DNA of 64,000 nt, taken from an uncultured archaeon. GTDB taxonomy: Archaea > Asgardarchaeota > Thorarchaeia > Thorarchaeales > Thorarchaeaceae. The notes beneath the pieces were generated by a model. That model was not told the origin of the DNA, ran no database searches, and saw nothing but the letters and a program-made list of their open reading frames with translations. Shown piece by piece: positions 20,674 through 30,690 of this stretch; the stretch's first letter is position 1; the number at the start of each line of letters is the position of its first letter. Location: the NCBI GenBank assembly GCA_964558645.1, contig CAZLEV010000006.1, positions 64,001-128,000 of the forward strand, written 5' to 3'. A program made the position numbers and the translations under genes.

Positions 20674-20775
20674 GTGAAGGCCGAGAATCTGTTCCTATTG
20701 GTGGCGTTTTTCGTTTTGCTCTTCTTTATGATATACGGCATCACAATCCCAATTATGAATGCCTTGGGATCCTGA
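20674..20775 (+). CDS. Small single-TM protein (33 aa)
   Basis: GTG start 5 nt after a GGAGTGA RBS; MKAENLFLLVAFFVLLFFMIYGITIPIMNALGS; lies in an intergenic gap and is below the ORF-track cutoff. Confidence 0.55.
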   Translation: MKAENLFLLVAFFVLLFFMIYGITIPIMNALGS

Positions 20776-20842
20776 GGGGTCATACCAAAGAGAAAGGACA
20801 GACAGGCCAAGACCTGTCTATCAGGAGCAAGCTTAGCTGCTG

Positions 20843-21448
20843 CTATTCGATACCTAACTTGGCATAGATGCCATGTCGCTTTGCCTCAACCTTCTCATCC
20901 ATCTCATCATGTAGGCTTCTACCGTGAGAGTCCATGGTGACGAGGAGGGGGCCGAACTCTTCAGCAGTAATGACCCAGAGAGCCTCAGGCATACCCAAGT
21001 CCTGCCACTCATAAGCTCGGACTTCCTTCAGCCCACGGGATGCCAGAGCACCACAGCCGCCTGTGAAGCTGCAGTAGACGGCGCCCACATCACTCAGTGC
21101 AGCAAGGGTCTTGGGTCCCATACCTCCTTTGCCTATGATGATCCGTGGTTTGTACTTCTTCAGGAACTCATCTTCGAAGAGCTCCATCCGAATGCTCGTT
21201 GTTGGACCTGCCGAAACAATGTACCATTTTCCATCTCTCTGTTGTGCTACAGGCCCGACATGGTATACGACACTTCCCTGAAACTCTACAGGGGGCTTCT
21301 CACCCTTCTCATACATTTCAAGAGCGCGTTCATGGGCCTCATCTCGGGCGGTATACACGTGCTCGCCCGTAACATAGACAACATCGCCGGCCTTCAGCTT
21401 TCTTGCATCTTCCTCTGAGATCGGTGTAGTAAGATGATACTCCGTCAT
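20843..21448 (-). CDS. Class I fumarate hydratase, beta subunit
   Basis: TARDEAHER, YHVGP, AGPTTSIRM, IIGKGGM, LGMPEA, MDSHG. Confidence 0.92.
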   Translation of the reverse strand: MTEYHLTTPISEEDARKLKAGDVVYVTGEHVYTARDEAHERALEMYEKGEKPPVEFQGSVVYHVGPVAQQRDGKWYIVSAGPTTSIRMELFEDEFLKKYKPRIIIGKGGMGPKTLAALSDVGAVYCSFTGGCGALASRGLKEVRAYEWQDLGMPEALWVITAEEFGPLLVTMDSHGRSLHDEMDEKVEAKRHGIYAKLGIE

Positions 21449-21449
21449 T

Positions 21450-22337
21450 CTACTTGCCCTCCAGTGGGTGTGTGAGATAGTCAACTTGTAGGTCCTTGGA
21501 TATCACTGCTGTGCTTCGACGTGCAGCCCAGCATTGGACTGCAACACCAACAGGAAGACTAGCAGGATGCCGCATTGCATAGTCCATCTTCACTCCGAGG
21601 ACTGTGGTCTTACCACCTAGCCCCATCGGACCGATACCTGTGGAGTTGAGGGCCTCCTTCAGTTCGTCTTCAATTGCTGCAACCTCTGGTTCGGGATGAC
21701 TGTCAGCTAAGGGGCGCATCAGCTGTTGCTTTGCAACCTTGATTGCAATATCAGCCCCCCCACCGATTCCTATGCCAATGATGTTCGGCGAGCAGGCCTT
21801 TCCCATGTAGTCCATAGCGTTGTCAATGACTAGCTTTTTCACACCTGTTAGCCCAACACCTGGCTTCAGCATACCCACTATGGAAACGTTCTCGCTGCCC
21901 CCGCCTTTGGGAAATGCAGTGATCTCCAATGTATCACCTTCAACAATCTCCCAGTTAATCCATGGGATCTTTCTACCAGTGTTATCACCGGAATTGCCTC
22001 CCACAATTGGGTTCACTGCATTTGGTCGCAAAGGGACTCTGGTGGTTGCTTCCACTGTTGCCTTTTCCAGGGCTGATTTGATGTCACCTAGGAAAGGAAA
22101 CTCATCTCCCACTCGCAAGTAGAATATGATAATTCCTGTATCTTGGCACATCGGCACACCGGTAGCTGCTATCTCGATGTTCTTGAGAATCGCAGCAAAC
22201 TGTGTCTTTGCTGTTTCTTCGGTTTCGTCCTCGTATGCTGCCCTCAGAGCCTCTTCGATATCCTGAGGCAGTTTTGTGGCAGCCATTCGAAGAAGACGAA
22301 CCGTTGTGTCCTGAATTACTTGTGTTGGATCCTTCAT
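21450..22337 (-). CDS. Class I fumarate hydratase, alpha subunit
   Basis: PMCQDTG, LRPNAV, PKGGGSEN, GIGPMGLGG, HPASLPV..CWAAR. Confidence 0.93.
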   Translation of the reverse strand: MKDPTQVIQDTTVRLLRMAATKLPQDIEEALRAAYEDETEETAKTQFAAILKNIEIAATGVPMCQDTGIIIFYLRVGDEFPFLGDIKSALEKATVEATTRVPLRPNAVNPIVGGNSGDNTGRKIPWINWEIVEGDTLEITAFPKGGGSENVSIVGMLKPGVGLTGVKKLVIDNAMDYMGKACSPNIIGIGIGGGADIAIKVAKQQLMRPLADSHPEPEVAAIEDELKEALNSTGIGPMGLGGKTTVLGVKMDYAMRHPASLPVGVAVQCWAARRSTAVISKDLQVDYLTHPLEGK

Positions 22338-22527
22338 CCTGTGATCATCTTCTGAGTTCTCTGTTTGAGGGCCCCAAGGGGCTCCTGTCCATATGACATG
22401 AATCTGACGGCTATTTAATCTGTGTTGCTATATGCGGCAACTCTGATAGCTAAACTAGGCAAATATATGGAGAGGATACAATATCTAAGTGTGCTCTGAT
22501 TAACCATGCTCCGAGTTGAACTGAACG

Positions 22528-23028
22528 ATGGAATCTCTACCCGTCACGATAGTCGTATTCATTGAGTGCGTAGTTGTGCTTACATGGTTCAGTCATGTAG
22601 ATATTTCAACCAGGAGGATTCCAAACCGGCAAATACTTGTAGCTCTCGTTCTCGCTTCTCTCACAGTCATTGCTTCGGGTTATTTGTTTGACCATCTCAT
22701 ACTACATGCATCGGCAGTTGGATTCACGGGATTCATGGTCTGTGTGTTGTATCGACTGGGTTCTATAGGCGGGGGGGATGTGAAACTGCTTCTTATTGTG
22801 GCATTCCTAAGCCCGGGTGTAATCTTTGTATCAGGTATGAATCCAGTGTTCGAGGGAATAATCGCCTCAGGGCTTCTCATCTTTGGCATGCTACTACTCG
22901 GATGGCTCTATTCGAGAATGTGTGAGAAGAAGGATGCCTCATGTCCGAGGACAATAATCCCTCTGGTACCTTGTCTCACCCTAAGTTACATTATTCTACA
23001 GACAATTGCAGTAGTGCTCCGGTCCTGA
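22528..23028 (+). CDS. Prepilin peptidase (A24)-like membrane protein
   Basis: DISTRRIPN and IGGGDVKLL aspartyl motifs in a multi-TM protein. Confidence 0.78.
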   Translation: MESLPVTIVVFIECVVVLTWFSHVDISTRRIPNRQILVALVLASLTVIASGYLFDHLILHASAVGFTGFMVCVLYRLGSIGGGDVKLLLIVAFLSPGVIFVSGMNPVFEGIIASGLLIFGMLLLGWLYSRMCEKKDASCPRTIIPLVPCLTLSYIILQTIAVVLRS

Positions 23029-23145
23029 TGCCTAAAACAATCTTGGCGACTTTTAATCCGATCTGGAAGAGATGCCAGTCTATGTTATGAGGTGTAGATA
23101 TCAGTGAAAGATCTGGGGCTTCTTGAACGACGACCAGACACCTCT

Positions 23146-23568
23146 TCAAGAGAACTGAGAGACCTGCAATGTGATATTCTCTAGAAGGGGAAGGAGTTGT
23201 CCCTCAAAGGCGCTGGGGGGAACGAAGAATCCGTAGAGCAATGACCAGAGAAGCACCCACAGAAGCAAGTAGGATGGGAGCGTCTTGACAATCAGTTTCT
23301 GTCGTCCACCAATCTCTTCCGGGTCGATTTCAAGCAAATAGACGATAACAAAGAGAGAGAGAACATAGATTAGAAGACCCAGCCAGAGGCCCCTGACCCC
23401 TGCAAAAGCTTGCCCTCCAAGAGCGCAGGCAATAGCACTTACGAATGCGAAGAATATCTTGACATAGTAATCCTGATTGTCAGGATCGCCTTCCCATCTG
23501 CCGAACATGGTCTTGAAGAGATTCTTTAGCGGCTCCACATGGTACACCTCAGAGTATGAGGTCGTCAA
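23146..23568 (-). CDS. EMC6/Rab5ip-like three-TM protein
   Basis: Three TM segments; C-terminal LPSYLLLWVLLWSLLYG resembles the F/Y-x-L-x-W-x-L-x-Y signature of EMC6/OPTI. True start may be slightly downstream. Confidence 0.6.
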   Translation of the reverse strand: MTTSYSEVYHVEPLKNLFKTMFGRWEGDPDNQDYYVKIFFAFVSAIACALGGQAFAGVRGLWLGLLIYVLSLFVIVYLLEIDPEEIGGRQKLIVKTLPSYLLLWVLLWSLLYGFFVPPSAFEGQLLPLLENITLQVSQFS

Positions 23569-23609
23569 TCGACTATGTTATAAAATCCTCGGTTCGATGA
23601 TGAACCGAA

Positions 23610-25616
23610 ATGAAGGACGCAATGAGCAACGTAGATATCAGAATCATGATGCAAGAGATACAAGAAGTATCTGAAGGCGCATTCATCAAGAATGTATACC
23701 AATATGGAGGCGTGTTTGTCCTCAAGGTGTATCAGCCAGGCGAGGGAACGTTTCAGCTGCTCATCGAGCCCGGGCACAGGATTCATGTGACTGACTACAG
23801 ACGTGTTGCTCCCCGGCTACCTCGCAAGTTCGTTAGCGTCCTTCGGAAGTATCTTCGGGATAGACGAATCATATCTGTGAAACAACATGAGATGGACAGG
23901 ATTGTTGTCATTGAGGTGGGGGACGAAGAGAGTTCACATAAGTTAGTGGCTGAGCTATTTGGCAGAGGGAACCTACTTCTACTAGATAATGAAGATAAGA
24001 TATTCATTGCACTTCACTACAAGAAGATGCGCGACAGGGATGTAATCCCCAAGGAAGTATACGAGTTCCCTCCACAGCGAGGAACGAATATCTTCAATCT
24101 AGACGATGATGTAGTGGGGAGTGTCATAACCGGCTCAGAGGTTAGTGTCATAAGAACCCTGACAAGACAGTTGAACCTTGATTCTCTGAGCTGTGAAGAG
24201 ATCTGCAGCTTAGCAGAGATAGAACCCGGTTCCAAAGTGAGTGATATCGATCAAGACTCACTGAGAGCCCTGACTGACGGAATTCAGGAATTCAGACTAA
24301 AGATAAAGAAGGGAGTGGACGACCCAAGAGTGGTTTACGATAAAGAGGACGAATCCGAGCCGGTGGCATTTGTCCCCTTCAGATTCAAAATCTTCAAGGA
24401 GCATCCTCAGACAACTTTTGATAGCTTCAGCCAAGCTTTGGATGAGTATTATGGGGTCACTGAAGAAGAGATAGATCAGGAAACACCAGATACCGCAGCC
24501 TTAGAGAGGGAACAAGAACGGCTCAAGACAATAATCGAAAAACAACAAGAGAATGTTGACGGTCTTCTTCTCAGGGCGGAAAAACTGCGGAATGCAGGCG
24601 AGCTGATATACACAAACTTCCAGATCGTGACAGATATTCTTGAAACGATTAGGCAAGCACGATCGGAGGGTGTTTCTTGGGAGGAGATAGAGCACACGAT
24701 AGAGGAGGGAAAGGAGCAAGGAAATAAGACTGCTCAGAGAGTTGTGAATCTCTACCCCTCTCAAGGAGAGGTTGTAGTGGAACTCCAAGGCCAGAAGATT
24801 GTATTGGATATCCGAAAGACTCCGCAAGAGAACGCGTCACAAGCATATGAGGGAGCTAAGAAAGCAGAGCATAAGGCGAAAGGGGCTAGGAAGCAAATTG
24901 AGAAGACAAGAGAGAAGCTTTCTGAATTAGATCTTTCTGACATTGAAGACACGAAAGAGCCTGTTCCCATCAAGATTAGGAACAAAGGCTGGTATGAGAA
25001 GTATCGATGGTTCATTTCATCAGAAGACTACCTTGTCATAGGAGGAAGAGATGCTCGAACAAATGAGAGGATTGCTAAGAAGCATATGGGGCCGAATGAC
25101 GTGTTTCTGCATGCTGCTGTACACGGGGCGCCATACACGGTGATCAAGGTGCCCGATAAACCTCCTGGAGAACAGACCCTGTGGGAAGCAGCTCAGTTTG
25201 CTGTCACTTTCTCAAGAGCATGGCAAGACGGTTTGACGGCAGGAGACGCCTACTGGGTAAATCCGGAACAGGTTAGTTTCACTCCCCCCTCAGGAGAATA
25301 TCTCCCATCCGGAGCAGTTATGATCTATGGAAACAAGAACTTCATCAAGAGTGTCCCAGTGGAGCTTCGGGTGGGAGTCCTACTCGAAGAGGAATATGCG
25401 ATTCCGTTCTCTGGGCCGCCCTCAGCTGTGGAAAAGAACACGAAGTATCATGTGAGAGTAATCCCTGGAGGGGACAAGAAAGGACAACTGGTTAAAGACA
25501 TCCTGAATGCCCTTGAATCAATAGTTCCCGATGAGAGAGCACATCTTGTCTCGCGCATTCCTGAGGCAGAGATGATGAGAGTCCTTCCTCCGGGTGAAGG
25601 AGTACTAAAACGATAG
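23610..25616 (+). CDS. rqcH: NFACT/Rqc2 (RqcH) ribosome quality-control protein
   Basis: LRKYL..Q..MDRIV, ELFGRGNLLL, WYEKYRWFISS, GGRDARTNE, HAAVHGAP, GEYLPSGAVMIYG. Confidence 0.93.
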   Translation: MKDAMSNVDIRIMMQEIQEVSEGAFIKNVYQYGGVFVLKVYQPGEGTFQLLIEPGHRIHVTDYRRVAPRLPRKFVSVLRKYLRDRRIISVKQHEMDRIVVIEVGDEESSHKLVAELFGRGNLLLLDNEDKIFIALHYKKMRDRDVIPKEVYEFPPQRGTNIFNLDDDVVGSVITGSEVSVIRTLTRQLNLDSLSCEEICSLAEIEPGSKVSDIDQDSLRALTDGIQEFRLKIKKGVDDPRVVYDKEDESEPVAFVPFRFKIFKEHPQTTFDSFSQALDEYYGVTEEEIDQETPDTAALEREQERLKTIIEKQQENVDGLLLRAEKLRNAGELIYTNFQIVTDILETIRQARSEGVSWEEIEHTIEEGKEQGNKTAQRVVNLYPSQGEVVVELQGQKIVLDIRKTPQENASQAYEGAKKAEHKAKGARKQIEKTREKLSELDLSDIEDTKEPVPIKIRNKGWYEKYRWFISSEDYLVIGGRDARTNERIAKKHMGPNDVFLHAAVHGAPYTVIKVPDKPPGEQTLWEAAQFAVTFSRAWQDGLTAGDAYWVNPEQVSFTPPSGEYLPSGAVMIYGNKNFIKSVPVELRVGVLLEEEYAIPFSGPPSAVEKNTKYHVRVIPGGDKKGQLVKDILNALESIVPDERAHLVSRIPEAEMMRVLPPGEGVLKR

Positions 25617-25744
25617 AGAATTCATCGACAGGACAGGACGGTTAGATAAGCTTTTTAATCAAACAAATTTGCACTCTTCCGTGATGCCCAAACACACTTG
25701 TGGGCACCAACTGCCAAGTTCCTGAGTAGATTGAGGTCAATAAG

Positions 25745-26308
25745 ATGGCAAATCCAGCACAGCATAGCATGTCGGTGCGCGATATCATGACTCACGATGT
25801 CGTCACAATGGCGCCAACCGCAACTGTATTTGAAGTGGCAAAAGCAATGACCGATATGGACATCGGCTCCATAGTTATTGCTGAAGGAGAGCGCCCCCTA
25901 GGAATAATCAGTGAAACGGATCTTATCAGGCGCGTGATTGCTAGGGAAGTCGACCCGAAGGCGACAGCTGCACGAGAAATAATGTCAGCACCGTTGATTC
26001 ACGTCACACCAGCAACGGGCCTGACAGAGGCTATGCGTGTGATGGCAAGAAGCGGAATCAGACGGCTCATAGTCCTGAAAAACCACTCTCTTGCAGGCAT
26101 CTTGACCTCTCGTGACATCTTGCAGTGGTCACCTGAGTTGATCGATATCCTTGTCGAGTCATTGAGAGTGCGAGGAGAACCCACAAGACGCGAAGTGGAT
26201 GAAGATGAATTAGTGGCCTACGGCGGGATATGTGACAGTTGTGGAGAATACTCTACTGATCTCGCAATGCAAGATGGACGTTATCTATGTGAGAGTTGTC
26301 GTAGTTAG
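25745..26308 (+). CDS. CBS-pair protein with C-terminal zinc ribbon
   Basis: Two CBS domains plus GICDSCG..YLCESC. Confidence 0.88.
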   Translation: MANPAQHSMSVRDIMTHDVVTMAPTATVFEVAKAMTDMDIGSIVIAEGERPLGIISETDLIRRVIAREVDPKATAAREIMSAPLIHVTPATGLTEAMRVMARSGIRRLIVLKNHSLAGILTSRDILQWSPELIDILVESLRVRGEPTRREVDEDELVAYGGICDSCGEYSTDLAMQDGRYLCESCRS

Positions 26309-26370
26309 TTAAGTGAGGTTTTCGGTTCAGACAATCCTTAGTCGTAAGCATCATTTCGGAGGTACTGTAA

Positions 26371-27189
26371 GTGGAAGTCAGCCAGATAATGAGTGAGCCA
26401 GTAACGATTGACAAAGACCAGCGATTATCTCATGCTCTGGATTTGCTGGATAAGAAAGGTGTTGATAGACTTGTCGTCATTGATGACAAGGAAGTGACAG
26501 GAATACTCACTTATGCCGACATTGCAGACAGGCTTGGTGTGAGCAAAGTAGTAGCAGTCTCGATAGGAAGACTCCATGTATCAAGTGCTATGTCTGATAC
26601 TGTCATCAGTGCGAAACCGGAGCATGATGTCACTGATGTTGCCAATCTTATGATTGAGAGAGGCATGAGTGGATGCCCAGTAGTTGATGATGAGGGGACC
26701 CTTGTGGGAGTCATTACCAAGATGGATCTTGCCGATCTTATGAAGAAGTTCACTGATGTCAAAGTGAAGGAGCTTATGACGTCAGAAGACCTCTTGGTTG
26801 TGAATCCGGTTGACCGCCTCATCAAGGCTAGAAGTGACATGTTGACTGCAGGATACTCTGGATTACCTGTGACCGATGGAAAGCGGGTCCTTGGTCTTCT
26901 GACTCAGAAGATGGTAGCAGAAGCAATGGCCCGATTCAGCGTCGAAGTCCCCGATAAGTATCGTGCCAATCAGGTAAGGCTTCTTAGAGTTGTTGACGCT
27001 ATGGCTCAGCAGCCCCCGATGATCGGGCCGGAGGATTCGATTGCAGAAGCAGCCACTGTTATGCTTGACAACGGCCTGAATACCCTTCCAGTGGTAGAAG
27101 AGGGAAATGCGATTGTAGGAGTAATCAGCACTACAGATTTCACACGATTTGTGGCCAACAAATTCAAGATACCTGCCGACAAAGAGTAG
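26371..27189 (+). CDS. Tandem CBS-domain protein (4 CBS)
   Basis: Four CBS repeats (GILTYAD, GVITKMD, GLLTQK, GVISTTD). Confidence 0.88.
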   Translation: MEVSQIMSEPVTIDKDQRLSHALDLLDKKGVDRLVVIDDKEVTGILTYADIADRLGVSKVVAVSIGRLHVSSAMSDTVISAKPEHDVTDVANLMIERGMSGCPVVDDEGTLVGVITKMDLADLMKKFTDVKVKELMTSEDLLVVNPVDRLIKARSDMLTAGYSGLPVTDGKRVLGLLTQKMVAEAMARFSVEVPDKYRANQVRLLRVVDAMAQQPPMIGPEDSIAEAATVMLDNGLNTLPVVEEGNAIVGVISTTDFTRFVANKFKIPADKE

Positions 27190-27231
27190 AACAATTAAGA
27201 GGGTTTGCCTGTAGTACACTTGTGATATTGC

Positions 27232-28545
27232 ATGCCAGTTGAACTCCTTCTGAAGGATGGCAGGGTCATTATTGATGGTAAGGAAGAAGTGCGTTCTGTT
27301 GGCGTGAAATATGGCAAGATAGAGGGGCTATACCATCCAGGACAAGAACCTCTGGCTGACAGAGTTATCGAGTGTGCAGGACTCTATGTTCTTCCCGGCA
27401 TGATTGACATACACGTACACCTTCGTGATTTGGAGCAAGAACAGAAGGAAGACTATCGGACCGGCACGATGGCTGCCGCTGCAGGAGGTGTAACTACTGT
27501 TGTTGATATGCCAAATTCCAGACCGCCTGTCCTCGATAGGGACGTTCTTGATAGAAAGATAGCAAACGCGGTTTCGAATAGATATGTGAATGTGGGATTC
27601 TATGCAGGAATACCAAAGAGTGTGGAAGATTTTGATGCAAGACTAGTCCCAGATATTCTTGGCCTGAAAGTCTACCCTCACTCACCCCTCACGCAGGGCA
27701 CTGAGTATACTAGAGGGAGAATAGAGAGTTGTGTGTCACTTGCGAAACGACATGGTCTGCCCCTCATGTTTCACCCCGATTCTTCAAGTGACACGACGCC
27801 CGTCTCCAGTATCCAAGACCATTTCATGGTACACAGCTGTGATAACGAGTACAAATCGGTGAGCATGTTCATAGACGCAAAAGAGAAGGTGGATGGGCGC
27901 ATTCACGTTTGCCATGTGAGTTGCGCTAGTGCTGCCCGATTGGTTGCCCAGAGCCGTGCTGAGGACTCACTGACCGCAGAGGTCACGCCTCATCATCTGC
28001 TTCTCTCAAGCGACCAGTTTCCCGTGGAGGATGGGGTGGCCAAGATGCTTCCGCCCTTACGATCACCCTATGACTGTCAGACTCTCAGGCAGATGCTATG
28101 TAATAAATGTGCAATTGACTGCGTGGCATCCGACCATGCACCACATACCGCAGAGGACAAGAGAACCGACTTTTTGAGAGCTGCAGCTGGAATCCCAGGT
28201 CTTGAAACGTCTGTTCCCCTGCTTCTGACCCAGGTATTTGATGGAAAGCTTACATGGGTTGATTACCTACGCATTTGTTGTTCTGCACCAGCTGACATAC
28301 TTGGCCTGTCAGGAAAGGGGGTTCTCGCAGAAGGATTTGATGCAGATATCATAGTAGTGTCAAAGGAAGAATATAAGATTCGAGGAGAGAGATTCTTCTC
28401 AAAAGCCAAGATAACACCCTTTGAGGGCTATCGCGTGCTAGCTCGTCCAATCATCACAATGGTAGGAGGAGAAACTGTCTACAGTTATGGCAAGTTTGTC
28501 ACAGGAGCAGGATTGGTCGGAAGAGTTCCATTGCGAAAACGTTAA
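27232..28545 (+). CDS. pyrC: Dihydroorotase (amidohydrolase family)
   Basis: PGMIDIHVHLRD, AAAGGVTTVVDMPN, EVTPHHL, PPLR, SDHAPH, GLET. Confidence 0.85.
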   Translation: MPVELLLKDGRVIIDGKEEVRSVGVKYGKIEGLYHPGQEPLADRVIECAGLYVLPGMIDIHVHLRDLEQEQKEDYRTGTMAAAAGGVTTVVDMPNSRPPVLDRDVLDRKIANAVSNRYVNVGFYAGIPKSVEDFDARLVPDILGLKVYPHSPLTQGTEYTRGRIESCVSLAKRHGLPLMFHPDSSSDTTPVSSIQDHFMVHSCDNEYKSVSMFIDAKEKVDGRIHVCHVSCASAARLVAQSRAEDSLTAEVTPHHLLLSSDQFPVEDGVAKMLPPLRSPYDCQTLRQMLCNKCAIDCVASDHAPHTAEDKRTDFLRAAAGIPGLETSVPLLLTQVFDGKLTWVDYLRICCSAPADILGLSGKGVLAEGFDADIIVVSKEEYKIRGERFFSKAKITPFEGYRVLARPIITMVGGETVYSYGKFVTGAGLVGRVPLRKR

Positions 28546-28589
28546 CGGCAGCCGCTTGTCACTCTGATGATGCAGCAGGTGAGACACAA

Positions 28590-29225
28590 TTGGAACATGC
28601 ATATGAAATCGAGGACGGAAGATTTCTGATAGGAGTGGCACGGGACGCAATAACGGAGTATGTGAAGGACGGAATTCAAATCGCAATCCCCGGGGAAACT
28701 CCAAGTCATCTTCAGGTCAAATCTGGCGTTTTTGTCACTCTGAACAAGGTACTGAAAAACCAAGCTGTTCTACGAGGGTGCATTGGAAGACCTTATCCCA
28801 CCCAGCCGCTAATACAGGCCACGATTGAGTCGGCAATAGATGCTGCAGTAAACGACCCAAGATTCCCGCCGGTCACAAAAGAGGAACTGGATTCGATTGC
28901 TCTTGATCTGAGCGTTCTGACTCCACCAAGAAAAATAGAGTACAGCAATCCGAAAGAGCTATTGGAGAAGGTCAGAGTTGGTCGGGATGGCCTCATTGCA
29001 GCCAGAGGGGCTTGGCGGGGACTTCTTCTCCCACAAGTCCCGTTGGAATGGGGATGGGGTGTGAAGGAGTTCCTGGAACACACCTGCAATAAGGCAGGTC
29101 TTCCCAGAAGTGCTTGGATAGACCCCGCAACAGAGTTTTATGCATTCCAAGCTGACGTGTTTGGCGAGAGAGAGCCAAAAGGCACAGTGGTTAGAAACCC
29201 CAAGGGAGAAGTCTGCAGGAGTTAG
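28590..29225 (+). CDS. AMMECR1-family (TIGR00296) protein
   Basis: GVFVTL, LRGCIG, DPRFPPV, GLLLPQV, CNKAGL. Confidence 0.92.
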   Translation: MEHAYEIEDGRFLIGVARDAITEYVKDGIQIAIPGETPSHLQVKSGVFVTLNKVLKNQAVLRGCIGRPYPTQPLIQATIESAIDAAVNDPRFPPVTKEELDSIALDLSVLTPPRKIEYSNPKELLEKVRVGRDGLIAARGAWRGLLLPQVPLEWGWGVKEFLEHTCNKAGLPRSAWIDPATEFYAFQADVFGEREPKGTVVRNPKGEVCRS

Positions 29226-29231
29226 GAAGAG

Positions 29232-30086
29232 ATGAGAGAGCTACCCCCTGAAGCCATCGATGCGCTCCGAGGATTCCTAGACGAGGATGTCAGGTCTGGA
29301 GACCTGACCACTGAATTGATGGGGTCGTTGGCTACAGAGGCGACTGGCACCGTCTATGCAAAGTGCAAGACAATTGTGGCCGGGATCAAAGAAGCAGTAG
29401 CCCTCGCTGACATGGTGGGACTTGAACACAAGATACTGACGGTTGAGGGCGACTGGGTATCACCCGGTGCGGCAATACTGGAGTTGAGTGGAGAAACGGA
29501 AGCTCTTCTGAAAGTCGAGAGGGTGATTCTCAACATCATGATGAGAATGAGTGGTATAGCAACCAAGGTCAACACCATGCTTCAGGCTGCTCGGAGAGGG
29601 AATCCAGATATTGTTGTTGCGGCCACAAGGAAGACAACTCCCGGATTCAGGTTCTTTGAGAAACGAGCAGTACAGATTGGCGGCGGGGATACCCACCGGT
29701 ACGCACTTGATGACATGGTTCTAATCAAAAACAATCACATCTCGGCAATGGGAGGGGTTTCTGAAGCTGTCCGTGCTACAACAGGAGCGGTCTCCTTTAC
29801 GAAAAAAGTCTCATGCGAAGCCAGATCACTGAGCGAAACAATAGAAGCTATTGAAGCAGGGGCAGATATCGTGCTTCTAGACAATCTAACACCGGACCAA
29901 ATCAAGAACATTCAAGGTGTATTGGAGGAAAGAGGGCTAAGAGAGAGTATCATACTTGAAGGTTCTGGAGGCATAGATGAGGGCAATGTTGAAGAATATG
30001 CCAGGAGTGGTCTTGATGTCATCTCTTCGGGAGCTCTGACACATTCCTATGTTTCCGTAGACTTGAATATGATATTACAGCTGTGA
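29232..30086 (+). CDS. nadC: Quinolinate phosphoribosyltransferase
   Basis: EDV..GDLTT, ERVILN..MSGIAT, TRKTTPG, HRYALDD..LIKNNH, LLDN, SSGALTHS. Confidence 0.94.
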   Translation: MRELPPEAIDALRGFLDEDVRSGDLTTELMGSLATEATGTVYAKCKTIVAGIKEAVALADMVGLEHKILTVEGDWVSPGAAILELSGETEALLKVERVILNIMMRMSGIATKVNTMLQAARRGNPDIVVAATRKTTPGFRFFEKRAVQIGGGDTHRYALDDMVLIKNNHISAMGGVSEAVRATTGAVSFTKKVSCEARSLSETIEAIEAGADIVLLDNLTPDQIKNIQGVLEERGLRESIILEGSGGIDEGNVEEYARSGLDVISSGALTHSYVSVDLNMILQL

Positions 30087-30102
30087 TGAGGAAGAGATTG
30101 TG

Positions 30103-30180
30103 TGGTGCCCCGGCCGGGATTTGAACCCGGGTCGTCGGATCGAAAGTCCGAGATGCTGGGCCGAGCTACACTACCGGGGC
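30103..30180 (-). tRNA. tRNA-Glu(UUC), intronless, encoded CCA
   Basis: Reverse complement GCCCCGG...TCGGA CT TTC GA TCCGA...CCGGG TTCAAAT CCCGG CCGGGGC A CCA folds into a full cloverleaf. Confidence 0.96.
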
Positions 30181-30208
30181 CTATTCGCAGCAAACCCGAA
30201 ATTCAGGT

Positions 30209-30220
30209 TATTAACATTGC
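30209..30220 (-). promoter_or_regulatory. BRE/TATA promoter of tRNA-Glu
   Basis: GCAATGTTAATA 28 nt upstream; the same motif precedes the other two tRNAs. Confidence 0.6.
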
Positions 30221-30231
30221 GTAAGTGCCCA

Positions 30232-30690
30232 TCACTGGATTGCTTGCGAAGAAGCCTCTGGTGAATCTCGTTCGCTCGATTCTTGAGAGGGAGGCTCACC
30301 GGATGTGGCACTGGGCACTTCTTCCCTAACAGGTTGTGTCATGTTGATTGTGTTATTGTTAGCCTGCGGAGTGGCGAACTCGGCCTTGCGCAAGAGTAGC
30401 GCGTGGTCGATTATCCGGCCAATGTCTATAGAATCGGCAGTTCGCTCAGAGAGAGCACGGAAAAGGAACGACCTGAGGTCATCTGGCTCTGGAACTCCGG
30501 ACAGGGTGCTAGAACGGGCCACCATCGTAGGCACGGTCATGATACCGTAGGCCTTGGCAACTCTTGCATAGCTATCTACATCAATTTCACATACCAGACT
30601 GCTCTCTCCAAAGAGATCTGTCTCTTCGACTATCATATCCTTCAAGAGGTCGCACCACGTGCAGTCTTTCGATGTGAACAGGAGAATCAT
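30232..30690 (-). CDS. Thioredoxin-fold protein with low-complexity tail
   Basis: LFTSKDCTWC (CxxC), YGIMTVPT (cis-Pro loop); likely start ATG 30690. Confidence 0.8.
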   Translation of the reverse strand: MILLFTSKDCTWCDLLKDMIVEETDLFGESSLVCEIDVDSYARVAKAYGIMTVPTMVARSSTLSGVPEPDDLRSFLFRALSERTADSIDIGRIIDHALLLRKAEFATPQANNNTINMTQPVREEVPSATSGEPPSQESSERDSPEASSQAIQ

